From the NCBI GenBank assembly GCA_905178155.1, contig CAJINV010000006.1:1303876-1367875 (forward strand): 64,000 bases of DNA. The letters are read 5' to 3'. Positions 37,431 to 49,014 of the stretch are shown here, piece by piece. Origin of the DNA: Amoebophrya sp. A120 (taxonomy: Eukaryota > Protista > Dinoflagellata). Positions within the stretch are counted from its first letter, which is position 1; every line of letters starts with the position of its first letter. The notes beneath the pieces are model-generated. The model was not told the DNA's origin. It worked only from the letters and a program-made list of their open reading frames with translations, and did no database searches. The translations under genes were made by a program, and so were the position numbers.

Positions 37431-37699
37431 AAGCGCACACGCAGAGAACAAAGCTGCCAGTAATACAGCCAGCATCTACCATCTGCACCAAGCTTCAACG
37501 CGCACACCAGGGCTGGTGATGTATAGTCTGCATTTGTCGTGCGTGCTGACTCGAGAGCTCAAGGCATACCTGCTTTTTTACATGTATCGGCGAGAACTGG
37601 TGGTAGATGCAGCTTGCAGAACCAAATAATAGCGAAGGTTTTGCATATCATACTCACCGAGACCTGGGGGCGCAGGACAGCCACTCTTCCATCCCGACC

Positions 37700-38762
37700 A
37701 AAGTGACCAAATCAACACGCCGCCGCGGACCGGGAGTACTGACAAGCGGGGCGGGAAGAAAAACAAAAAGAACCGGCAGGAGCCAGGACCATCTCATGAC
37801 GGACGTACTGCCAATGGCAGCGGCTTTGGAATTACATCAACGGCAAGCACACCGGAGAGGTGGAAGCGTGATCAGGACCCGGGGGCAGGTGGTAGTATCA
37901 ACAACCGCGGGCTTTTTAATAGCCCGTCCGAAGAGATCTTATCGTCCTCTTCTTCCTCGTCCCCAGCACTGTCCCGCTCCTCACCTATCTTGTGTAAAAA
38001 TCTAAATCTCCATCGCCCACGCACCCCTGCTCGGTGTCACTTTGTCATGCACATATGGCATGCATGCCCGCCTACCTTCTTTCAATGTTGGATGTTTCGC
38101 ATGACAAAGCGGTGATTATTGCGATCGCGATTTTTGTTTTTCCAACCGAGACCACCGTCGCTTTCCCCGGACGCCGAAAACCCCTTGACCCCCGACACGA
38201 AACTACACCGGAAAACGAAGCACCGGGTATCGAATGCAAAAATGTCTGGGTCTGGATAAGTGTAAACTTGTGACGCAGGTTTTTCATGACCCATGAGGTC
38301 TGGAATGCAGGACCTAGCATGACAGAGTCTGTGAGGTCTCTGCCATGCCTATCCTGCATGAGAAACTCCCTCCAAACTTGGTCGAAAGTGGACAGTCTTT
38401 GGCACTCATGCAACACAGATTTCTGCATGATTCGGATTTACCTCCATTACAAGTTGCAATCTTCCAGACCCAGATATTTTTGCAATCCATACCGGAAACC
38501 GAAGAACAACGGGTTGAAAATTACCAGTGCGCAGAAGAAGAAAATGCAGGGGAAAAAACGCGATTTGTTGGCGAGAATGAATTATGGTGAGCGGAGCTGT
38601 ACAGGGGAGAACGAAAGAACGAAGGACGGCTTTGGCGTTGCCGATACGGTTGGACGGCATCACGAGTCGTACGGAACCTTTGCCAATTTGTTCGGGAAGA
38701 AAGAAGGGAAGGAGCAGGGTACGGAGTCCACGAGGACCTCTGCGGGGGAGAATCTGGTGTAG
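37700..38762 (+). CDS. Hypothetical Lys/Ser-rich protein; boundaries uncertain
   Basis: Open frames around elements at 37986 (degenerate) and 38228, e.g. PDAENPLTPDTKLHRKTKHR|KPKNNGLKITSAQKKK. Confidence 0.4.
38228..38491. mobile_element. Introner family A, reverse orientation relative to 29325
   Basis: TSD ccggg/ccgga. Confidence 0.9.
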
Positions 38763-38768
38763 GGAACA

Positions 38769-39020
38769 TATAACCCGCTCAGGTGTTACAATCTCAAACG
38801 TCACAATAGAATTCGGAATTTGTGTTGCAAGAAGTGCATGATCTACCCTGCTCCCACAGGATTGCGCATGACAAGTTCTGGAGTCCCAATCCGCACCACA
38901 ATCTGCCGAAATTTGTATTGCAGAAAGTGGAAAGCTGTCCGAGTCTGTCATGTTGATCATGCAAGACAAATCTCAGATTCTATTGTAACGTTTCGGATTG
39001 TAACGTTTGAGCAGGTCATA
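38769..39020. mobile_element. Introner family J (TIR TATa.cccgctcaggtgttacaatc)
   Basis: TSD gaaca/gaaca; similar to 55346-55606. Confidence 0.9.
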
Positions 39021-40274
39021 GAACACGAGGGCAGTTTCGTCGAGGTGGTACGACGTTTCACCGGGGAGACGATTTTTGTCAAACGTAATTTTTCAATTCA
39101 TGTTTACGGAGAACAACCAAGGTTGAGTTTACTAGTTCTGTTGTAAGTTTGCTTTAAGAGTAAGTTCAAAGCCAGGAGACTTGATTGCAGATGGCATGCG
39201 AAGATTCTAAAGAAGCAACCAGAAGTTTTTTTTCAATTATTGTCGCAGCTGGTCCTCCGTTTCAAATTTATTATTTTAAGTAACTGCAGGTGCAGATAAC
39301 CAGGAAACAAGAAGCAAGCAACGATTACGATGTAAAAGGACTATACGAAATCTCTCTTCGAAGTAATAGAAGAGAAAGGAGCTGCTTATGTTTGTAGTGC
39401 GCACTACTTACAGTTACACGACGACATCACGTCGTGCGTCCGCGTCGTGCGACATGTTTTTTTTTTGCTAAAGTCCATGAGACTGACTCAACAAATTGAT
39501 ATACAGCTCACGTACAACGCTCAGTTGCCGATTTTACGATGACTACTCAGTTCCTTGACGAGGTTTGTTTATTGTTTGTTTTTGTTTTTTTTTATTTGGC
39601 GCTCCGACGCTGAGGTTTCTTTTTCGTCTTTTTCATTGCTAAGTTAAAGAAAGTTTAATTTTTGATGAGGATCGCTACTTTTTCGAACTACAATCCGCCA
39701 AAATTCAAAAGGCCGCACGAAGCCGAAAACAAAGCTGGAATTTCGCAGCAATATTTTTACACCAACGCTACAGCGACGACCGTCGTCGAATAAAACTGTT
39801 TCACAACAAACGCACAAAAGATTTTTCCCCAAGCGAGCAAAGATTCGCATATTCAAAAAAAAACAAATACTCCCTCAAAGGGTGGCTATGCCGCACAGCC
39901 TAGTGCGACGAGATGGAACCCGCACTGCCAGTATCTACGGATATTGCAGCGCCCCTCCTTCCTTGCGCTCTGATGTTCCTGCCACACAACTGACACGACA
40001 CCACTGTGGAATGCGAATGGAGTTGGACGTAGTTGCTTCCGCGACGAGAGAAGTTTGGACTCTTCTGTTACTTGTTCCTGTTAAAACTGGTGTTGGATGC
40101 TGCCGCGCAGCGCAAAAAGTACTCTCTGCATTTTCCTACCCTTTTGTTCGTCGACAATCAATTCATGGCACTAGGGATTCCTCAAGACTTCTGCACCCGT
40201 GTGCAATAGAAATCCTTCATCTTTGAGAAGCTCCTGCATTTCGTGTTCTGCTAAAAATAAAATACGAAAACAAG

Positions 40275-43200
40275 ATGCACTCTTCAACTGGTTCCAACAA
40301 GCTGTATGGCGGCCACGGGTCCAGCCACGCGGCCTCGTCCGCTATGAAGATAGCCTCCGGCCAGCAGCTGCTAACCGAATTATCCCAGACGTACCGCTGC
40401 CTGGAGCGAGAGCAGCACGAAAGGGAGATTCAATTTGCGGAGCAAGAGGCGAAGATCAGCTATTTAGAAACGCAATTACTGGTCCAGGAAAAACTCAACC
40501 AAGATCTGCGGAAACGGGTGAAGATGCTGGAGTATTTGTTACGGAGGGAGCGGCAGGCGAATATGACAGTGCGCAACTACTCCCCCTCCCCCTCATTTGT
40601 ATTGCATGAACAGCAATACAGGCACCTCCACGTGTGGAGCCTGTGCACGACAAGTTCATGTGCCTGGTGTAGTGCTGTTTGGGCTTCCGGAATCTGTCAT
40701 GCAAACAAGGACCACGCAGCAGCGCTTGGATTTTGTATTTTGCATGACAAACGAGGAGGAGGGGGAGTTGTGCACTATCATATCGTACAGTTGTAGTTCA
40801 GGAGGGGGTGGTACACGGAGCAAAAATGCGGGGGCTGGCGCGGTGGAAAGTGGCGGAGGGGGTCGTGGAGCAAAGGATCCACAGCACAAAAAAGTAGACA
40901 CTTCTACAAGCAGCGGGAAGGATCAGCAGGACGAGGACGAACACGAGGGCGGACATGCGGATGCCAAAAAAGATGGCAAAACAAGTTCTGCTTCTGCTGA
41001 GGAAGACGCAGCCGACAGCAGTACCACTGCCGCGGAGGACGTCGCGAATGCTTCGTCGGTGCAAAGTAGTGCAAGGAGAAGAAGCGCGAGTACGGACGAG
41101 GATGAAGAGGGAAGAGGAACGTCTGATTCGGGTGGTGCAGAAGACAAAGAGAAACAGACGAGCTCTGCTGGTGCCTCGTCGAGCACTGCAACATCTACTT
41201 TGAAAACGAGTACGGAAGAACAAGATGAAACCGAAAGTGGTGATGGAAAAATTCAGCCTACGGACAGCCAACCCTCAGAAGAGAAATCTTCTTCCTCATC
41301 AAGTAGCAGTAGTTCCTCCTCCTCTTCCGCTAAGAATCCCGCCGACAGCAAAGAACGACAATCTTCAGCGACTAGTAGAGAAAAAATCTCCTCCAAGACC
41401 GCCAAAAGGACAAAGCCGAAATCCCGTCTCACCACCCTGCAAGAAATTGCGGCGAAGCTGCCGACGCAGCGGGCGCAGAGTGCGAAGAGCATTTTGAGAA
41501 AATACTTGAAAACATCCGTGTTTTTGACGGAAGGCGGCGCGGGGGATTTTGATCTAGGTACAGATAGTAGCTTTTTGGCATCGTGGTGTTATTTGTGATG
41601 TGTAGGGCTAGGGTTCGATGATGAGGTGCATTTGTCATGCGACGTTGTATAACTATTTCTAACTCTAAGTGGTCTAACAGATGCTCTTGCCATGCTGGCA
41701 GAGAAGCAGGACTACAAATCTTTTCGGCGCGACCGCGACCACACCAGAGGAGACCTGCACGGCAATGCGGGGCGGGATCTTATACGAATTGCAAAAGTAT
41801 CGTACTTGTAAGAATCGCATGACAGATTTCCTCAGCATGAGAGATGGAATTTGTAATGTGGATTTTTTAGTACTTTGAGAATGCATGACCGCAACGGGGT
41901 TCGCCTAAGTCGGTCATTTGTATGCAAGGCGTTGGGTTACCCGGTCGGCAGAGCCGATCCACAACGAACGAACGAACAATCTTTATTCTTGCGAGTGCGA
42001 TACTTTTGCAGTGCATAGTCTTCGCACGGGCGAGATTTGCGGGAAGTTGAAAGAGGAACATCAAGTGGCAGTAGTGGCGGTGGAGGCAGTGGAAATCAAC
42101 ATCATTCCAGTAGCTCCCATGGGGGCGAACATGACGGCGGCAGAACCTCAACTTCCTCTTCCTCCTCCGCCCAACACGCGACGGCTTCAAATAACGCCGC
42201 TGTTTCCGCCACTGCAAACAACACTACCCCGACGTCCAAGCCCTGGCGACACTACGCCTCGGTTTCCGGCGCCTTTGTCGGCTCGGTCGTGTGTCTCGCG
42301 TACGACAACCAGCGGGCGATTTTGGTCTCTGGGTCCGAGGACGGGATTGTTTGCCTGTTCGACATGCACAGCTTTAACACGCAGGAGCACGTGGAGCCGT
42401 TTGCGTCGCTCGTGCACCACCGGGCAAGGAAGCTGTGCCAGTCCATTGCGGCGGACTTTACCAAGAGTATTGAACCTATGATTTTTGTAAAAACAGAGAT
42501 TATAATTACATTGGAATTTTTTGTTCTTTGTCATGCTGAATCATGTAACACCAATGTGTGATGTGCAGTTGTGATGCAGAATATGTATATGCTCCTTCCA
42601 AACAAATTTCTCAGATCTCTTCCTCACCGCGGACGCTGCTGGAGACCTCGTTTTGTGGAAAATCAACATCTCCAATCCGAATTCCACCTCGACAAAAGGC
42701 GCTCTGGATCAAAACACGACAACCACGGTGAACAAACAAGATGTGGCGCACTGCAGCTCCGAAATTTCCGATATTTGTCTGGTGAGTTGTGGAGCTACGG
42801 GCAGTGGTAACTCTAGTAATTCCTCTTCTTCTTCCTCGGGAGCTGCAACTCCAAACACGACAACCCTTCTTGTCGCCACCGTGCATTCCGAGGAGAAGAT
42901 GCTTAGAATCTGGTCGACGGTTACCCAAGATAGTAGTGGTGCTGGCATTGCAAATAGTATCAGTACGTCCTCCTCGAACTTGAACAAAATCCAAATCGAA
43001 GTGGAATATGAGAATGCACAACTCCCCCTCCCCCTCATTTGTCATGCAAAATCGCAAATCCAGGCTGTGCCTCTTGGCACTGTTTGCATGACACGTTCTG
43101 GTAGCCCAAATAGCACTACATTTTTCCAGTGGAAATTTGTCATGCAGAACCGGCATTCTTACTGTTGCTTGTATTGCTGTTCATGCTATACAAATGAAGG

Positions 43201-46200
43201 GGAGGGGGAGTTGTGCGCAGTCATATAGAGTACGACGATTTCAAAAACGCCCGTCCGCTGTGCTGCGACTTCAACACCGGCGCAGGTAGGGCGAACGGAA
43301 ATGCTGGCACGAATGCAAGTGGTACGTCTGCGGTGGGAGGAGGAGGTGTTGCCTCTTCATCTCCATCTGCAGCCACTGGTACGACCACCGGAGCTGATAG
43401 CACGGTCACAGGAACAAGCTATGCTGTTCTCAAACGTTACATTCTCAACTGTTACAAACATGATTACTATCTAAACTGCAGCAGCTGGTCAAAAATGCAG
43501 GCGAGGGGTATGTTCTGGGGTATGTTCGGGGGTGTGTCAGGGGTATGCAAATGGCCGTCAATCACAGGCGGAATGCAATTTTTTGGCGAAAAAGCAACAG
43601 GTGGGGTATAAACATACCCCAGACACACCCCAGACACACCCCAGACACACCCCAGACATACCCCAGACAGACCCCCGAACACACCCCAGGCAAAAAGTCC
43701 GAACATACCCCAGACACACCCCGGACACACCCCGGGCCGACTTTCCGACACACCCCGGGCAGACTTTAGGACACACCCCGGACACACTTTGGGACCTCGC
43801 CACGCGAGATGTGCAATGGCGGACTCCAGTTTGTCACGCAGGCCGCCAGCCTGTCGAGCTTCCCGGGCCCCGTTGGCAAGGCCCAGGGACGAAAGGCGCC
43901 CTCGGTCAGCGCGGGGGCCCGGTCCCCGCGTCATGACCTGGGGGCCAGCTTTGGGCGCTTCCCGGACACCGTACGGCCCAGGGGCAAAAGCCCTAGGTCA
44001 GCGCGGGGACTCGGTCCTCGCGTCATGACCTAGGGGCCAGCTTTGGGCGCTTATATCCCGGAAACCACCCGCACGGCCCAGGAGGTACAAAAGCCCTAGG
44101 TCAGCGCGGGGACTCGGTCCCCGCGCCATGACCTAGGGGCCAGCTTTGGGCGCTTCCCGGAAACTAACCGGCCGCACGGCCGAGGAGCAAAGGCCCTAGG
44201 TCAGCGCGGGGACTCGGTCCCCGCGTCATGACCTGGGGGCCAGCTTTGGGCGCTTCCCGGAAACTAACCGCACGGCCCAGGGGCAAAAGCCCTAGGTCAG
44301 CGCGGGGACTCGGTCCCCGCGTCATGACCTAGGGGCCAGCTTTGGGCGCTTCCCGGAAACTAACCGCACGGCCCAGGGACAAAAGCCCTAGGTCAGCGCG
44401 GGGACTCGGTCCCCGCGTCATGACCTAGGGGCCAGCTGCAGATCCAGCGCCAGACTCTTCCTTTCTGTTCTCTTTGTTCGCGGTAGGTTAACGGGCCTAG
44501 TGTGGGCAAGCAGAGGGGCTCCGTCCGCAGATCTGTCGTGGATCAGGGGACGCAGGCCACACAGAAACACCGGGCTGCAGTGGTCTGCCTGCCCAGTGCC
44601 ACCACAACCCCCGAACTCGTCCCAGAGAAATGCCGGAAGGTCGCCGCATGGGGACTCTGTCCCCGTGCTCGGACCTTGTTTGTCATGCAAAATGACCATG
44701 ACCCGTCAGACGATCAAGCTGCTTCGCATGACAAATTCTCGCAAGGCTGAATAGCACTGTAATCCGGATCAAACCTGTAATGCAAGACGCGCAAGGTTCC
44801 CCCTCTCACCTGTGCTAGTCTCGCATCACAAATTTATGTAAGAGTTGAGAATGTAACGTTTGAGAACGCCATACAAGCCACCTCCTCGTTGTGGGGTTCG
44901 ATAACGGGATGTGTGCGATGTACGAAGTGTATCAAGTGGAGAAAAAAATCACGGAAGAACAGCATTCATCTGCTGTAGAAGAAGCTCCTTCTGCAGGCGA
45001 GGACTCTACTTCGTCTTCTCAGACCTCCGAGGACACGACGAACACCCCCACTGGGGAAGTAGAGAACAACAAGAAACCCGTATCAAATGTAAAAATGTAT
45101 GGGTCTGGAAGAATGCAAGATTTGCGATGCACGTTTTCCATGACCCATGAGGTCTGGAATGCGAGACCCAGCATGACAGATTCTTTGCGGTCTCTATCAT
45201 GCCTTTCCTGCATGAGAAACTCTCTCTCAACTTGGTCGAAAGTGGACACCTTTTGGCACTCATGCAACACAGATTTCTGCATGATTCAGATTCAGCATGA
45301 CAAGCTGCAACCGTCCACCCCCAGACATTTTTACATTTGATAACCCGGAACTACAACCGAAACTGGCAAGGACACCAGCGAGACCACAGAAGATGCAGCT
45401 GATATTGTGAGGAAAAATCCCCCCTCCCCATATCGAGAGCGGAATTTGTGTTGCTCCTGTATTTGAGTACACAAATCACATCTGTCTTGCTGGAGAGGAC
45501 TGCAGACCCATACCAAGCCTGAGCACAGAGGCTTTGACTTAGGCGCTTAGCATGAAAAGCGTCCGTGATGTAGGCTCAACAGCATGACAAACCGCCTCCA
45601 TAATGGGACGAAAGCTGCTGCCCTTGTCTTCTTGCAACACAAACGTGATTTGTGACCTCAAATCAGCAACACAAATTTTCGAAAACCTACCTCTTCAATA
45701 TGGGGGGGGGATTTTTCCTTGCGGTAGCTGACACGGAGATGAAACTGAAAGACAAAGAGTCTGACCACGACGGGAAAGAAACAAAAGACAAGGAAAAGGA
45801 TGCAGCTGCTGCTGAAACAGAAACTGGAAGTGCAGAGAAAGGTGATGATAACAAGGAGAAAGCGAGCACTACTAGTACTACTACTTCAGGATCATCATCA
45901 TCATCATCATCTACGTCTCCAACCAGTACTGGCAATGACAAAATCGTCGTAGTCCAGAAGGTGTGGCAGATCAAGCGGCTTCGGCACATCGAGTATTGCA
46001 AGGAAAAATTCCCTCTCCCCATATTGAAAACGCATCGGTCTGAAAATTTGTCATGCACATTTGTGACCACAAATCGGGTCTGTCTTGCACAGAGGCAATC
46101 TCAGGCTGTCCGCCACGTTATGCAGGCGGTTTGTATGTAGTGAGGTCACCGAACGGTTCTAACCGGGGAGTTTTTTTGACACCCAGACAGCAAAACGGCC

Positions 46201-48137
46201 GCCAGTTTTCAAGCGGGCGGAAGCGTTTTTGGACGTAAAAAATTTTCAAGTATCAAGCGGCCGGGGCTTTGATAGCAAACAAGCCCGGTCGAAAACTATC
46301 GATTCGCACTTGATAAAACGACGCAGGAGAGCCGGCAAAAGGGGCGCCCTTCGGAGGCGCCCACCGCCTTAGTTTCTGGCGATTTGGGGCTCCCAAAAAG
46401 GGGCGCGCAAAAAACACGCCCAAAAACAGAACAGCGAAACAGCCTGGCACGGCCGCGATTTCGGAGCATTCTGGGCGGCCGCGAAAGCGGTTGCCTTTTC
46501 GCCGGTTTTAGAGCCTGGGAAGCTTTGCAAAAAGCGCCGACGTGAAAAATAAAAACGCGAAAAATAAAAAGCGCCCCCGACGCGCAAAGCCAATCCGCAT
46601 GCTATGGGCCCGGTTTTTCTTCGCTTTTTGGGCGCCCCCCGTGGCACCCGGATCGGCCCCATAGCATCGGGGCTGGCTTTCGGAAAGGAATTTTGGAAAT
46701 GTGCCAAAATTTGCGACGCTTCCCAAGTGGCCGCCATACCGTGCGGCATAACCTTACTCACGGCGGTATGGCGAGCCCATAAAAAGCAAAGCCGCGGCCA
46801 AGGCGGCGGCCGGCAAAAAAACGCCCACGACCTCACTACCCCCGCCCCGGCGGCTATATTTGGTAATGCTGTAAGGCCTACGGGGCAGCCGTCTACCATG
46901 CTAGGCGCCTACACCAGAAGGCCCCTATCTAGGCTTGCGATGTGCGTGCAATCCTCTACTGCAGGACCAATCTGATTTGTGTACGCAAATGCAGCATCAC
47001 AGATTTCTTTGGCGATATGGGGAGGGGGGACTTTTCCTCTCAATATCGAGGTGGCCACTTTCATGCACAATCGAGAGCGGGGACAGACTATGCATTGCAA
47101 ATATGTCTGGGTCTGGAAGGATGCAACTTGTCATGCTGTCATTGGATTCCAAGAAAATCTGTGTTGCATGACCAGCAAGAGGAATCCAGTCTGTGCTACG
47201 TGGAGAGGGCATTTCTCCTGTGGAATAGGCGTCAGGAAGCCCTTCAAAAATCTGTGATGCTACGTCATGCATCACAGACGTCATGGGTCATGGAAAATAT
47301 GCATGACAAACCTGGCATTTTTCCAGACCCAGACATTTTTGCATTTGATACAGACGAATGCCCACGGCAGCCAACACGCGGCTTGTTTCACGGTCAGGTC
47401 GATTTTGCCAAACGTGGTGGCCGCGGGATTTGGGGATGGATTCCGCCTGATCGACGTTTCTGCAGTCACGGGGAAAGAGGTATCTAGAATTTAGAATTTC
47501 GTTTTGTAGTCATGCTGAATCGGCATACTGCGTGGCCTTTGTCATGCTTGAAGGCAGCAAAAATCGTCAATATGATAAAAATACAGATCTGCGCTTTCGA
47601 CGGTTTATCCGACCGACTTTCCGGGAACCCGAACCCCCACTTAAAGAACAAAAAGTCTTACCTGACAAGCTCCCACTCTAAAACTTTGGTCGGGTACGAC
47701 GCGGTGACTGGGCGGTTGATCCTGGGCGACCGGCTGACGGGAAAAGTGGTGATGTGGTGCTTGAAGCAGCGAAAAATCGTGCAGGAGATCACCTGCTTCG
47801 ATTCCGAAATTTCCAGCTTACTCCTCGGTGTCGAAGATGTTTTGTTCGTCGGCGGAAGAAGCGTCGGGAATAACATCGGAGAGGACGATGACGATTTTGA
47901 AGTATCCTGTGCAAAAGTATCGAACTCGTAGTAATTGCTATCATGCATGACAAATATCCCTTTTTAGGTAAATCAGCATTACAAATTCCACTTTTCTTCT
48001 TGACAAAATTTGTGATGCAATTTATACTAGTACGATACTTTTGCAATGCATATGAAAACGGTAACAACAATGCGGTAACCACGGGAATTGGGAAAAACGA
48101 TATTTTTGGAGGGCACATCCGAATTTTGACAAGATAG
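40275..48137 (+). CDS. Striatin-family protein (N-terminal coiled coil plus C-terminal WD40), 13 exons
   Basis: QEKLNQDLRKRVKMLEYLLRRERQ matches the striatin coiled coil. WD40-like LVSGSEDGIVCLFD, FLTADAAGDLVLWKI, LVVGFDNGMCAMYEV. Nine introners plus GT-AG introns 41558-41680, 42467-42614, 47480-47586. Confidence 0.82.
40562..40782. mobile_element. Introner family D
   Basis: TSD gcgaa/tcgta (degenerate). Confidence 0.85.
41783..42017. mobile_element. Introner family B with ~80-bp nested insert
   Basis: TACgaattgcaaaag...cttttgcagtgcATA; TSD degenerate. Confidence 0.8.
43007..43225. mobile_element. Introner family D
   Basis: TSD tggaa/tagag. Confidence 0.85.
43610..43790. repeat. 11-bp minisatellite (acacaccccag)n
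   Basis: Multiple imperfect copies; inverted relatives ggggtatgttc at ~43505-43547. Confidence 0.85.
43898..44438. repeat. ~97-bp tandem repeat, ~6 copies, each with a long hairpin
   Basis: ccctaggtca-gcgcgggga-ctcgg-tccccgcg-tca-tgacctaggg at ~43991, 44094, 44194, 44290, 44386. Confidence 0.92.
45081..45342. mobile_element. Introner family A
   Basis: TSD acccg/acccg. Confidence 0.9.
45403..45726. mobile_element. Introner family C (GTA end)
   Basis: TSD gctga/gctga. Confidence 0.9.
45994..47045. mobile_element. Introner family C enlarged by a ~730-bp insert
   Basis: TSD tcgag/tcgag. Confidence 0.9.
46136..46863 (+). mobile_element. Nested non-autonomous element with asymmetric inverted repeats (Helitron2/Helentron-like)
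   Basis: gtagtgaggtc (46137) / gacctcactac (46829), then ccgcc-cc-ggcgg hairpin near the right end. Confidence 0.5.
47089..47350. mobile_element. Introner family A
   Basis: TSD cagac/cagac. Confidence 0.9.
47903..48052. mobile_element. Introner family B, reverse orientation
   Basis: TSD tgaag/tgaaa. Confidence 0.9.
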
Positions 48138-49014
48138 AAGTTTCTTCTTGTTTCAACTTGACAAGTATACAAGATAGAAGTTTTACGGGGGGATTGATGC
48201 AACTTTTTGCAAGCCGGCTAGAACGACACAATAAAGCGAGACTCTAAAAAGTTGTTGTAGAGACTCTAAAAAGCTGAAGAAACATGCGAAATTCAGGTTG
48301 AGAAAAATCGCTCAAGCTGTAAAAATGATCTTCATCTTGCTTACGAAGAACACTGCTGCCTGTAAAAAATTTTTCAATTTGACTTCGTCTATGATAGATA
48401 AGTTTGTGATCCTATGAATGGTGCTGTGAAAGAACTACGGGGTCTTGTTGTATTCTTCATCGGTCACTCATGTCGCTGGATGAGGCACCTTGTGTTGCAC
48501 GACAGTGCACTGGGTACTGTATGAAACGCTACAACCATTTAAAATTTTGCAACTGCGACAGGTATAGTACTTTGTCACTCAGTATAATTCTCTGCGGTGG
48601 GCATGTTGGTCCAACGACAAAGATAGAGAACCACAAAACTTGATTTCAAAAAATTTTGGGTATAGTAGTTCCAAGCACTACCGCAGTGAAAGCTTCATTG
48701 GCGCAGCTTCATTCGTGGAAATGAACCTGCCGGAGCGAAATTGCTGCGACATTGGAGTTCTTCTTGACATAGTAAGTAAGTACTTTCAACGTTTATTACG
48801 CTTCCCTTGTTCTGGAACGCTCAAGAACCTATTTCGCTCGGTTGAGAAATCGGAATCGGTGTGGACTTCTTGCACACTTTCGGTCCAACATCTTGATGCT
48901 TTAAAAGTACTGGTTTTTATTTGATTTTTCCACAAAATCAAAAACGAGTAGTAGAACTTCAACTTCTCGGTTTTGAAGCTCGGTTTTGAACACTTTCTAT
49001 CTCGTATAGAATGT

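Larger units (their letters stand above)
43482..44438. mobile_element. Nested repeat-rich non-autonomous element
   Basis: CAGCTGG...CCAGCTG ends flanked by cag/cag. Confidence 0.55.
43420..44873. mobile_element. Introner family I enlarged by nested inserts
   Basis: TSD caagc/caagc; long TIR ttctcaaacgttacattctcaact; GTS|HLLVVGFDNG in frame. Confidence 0.9.
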
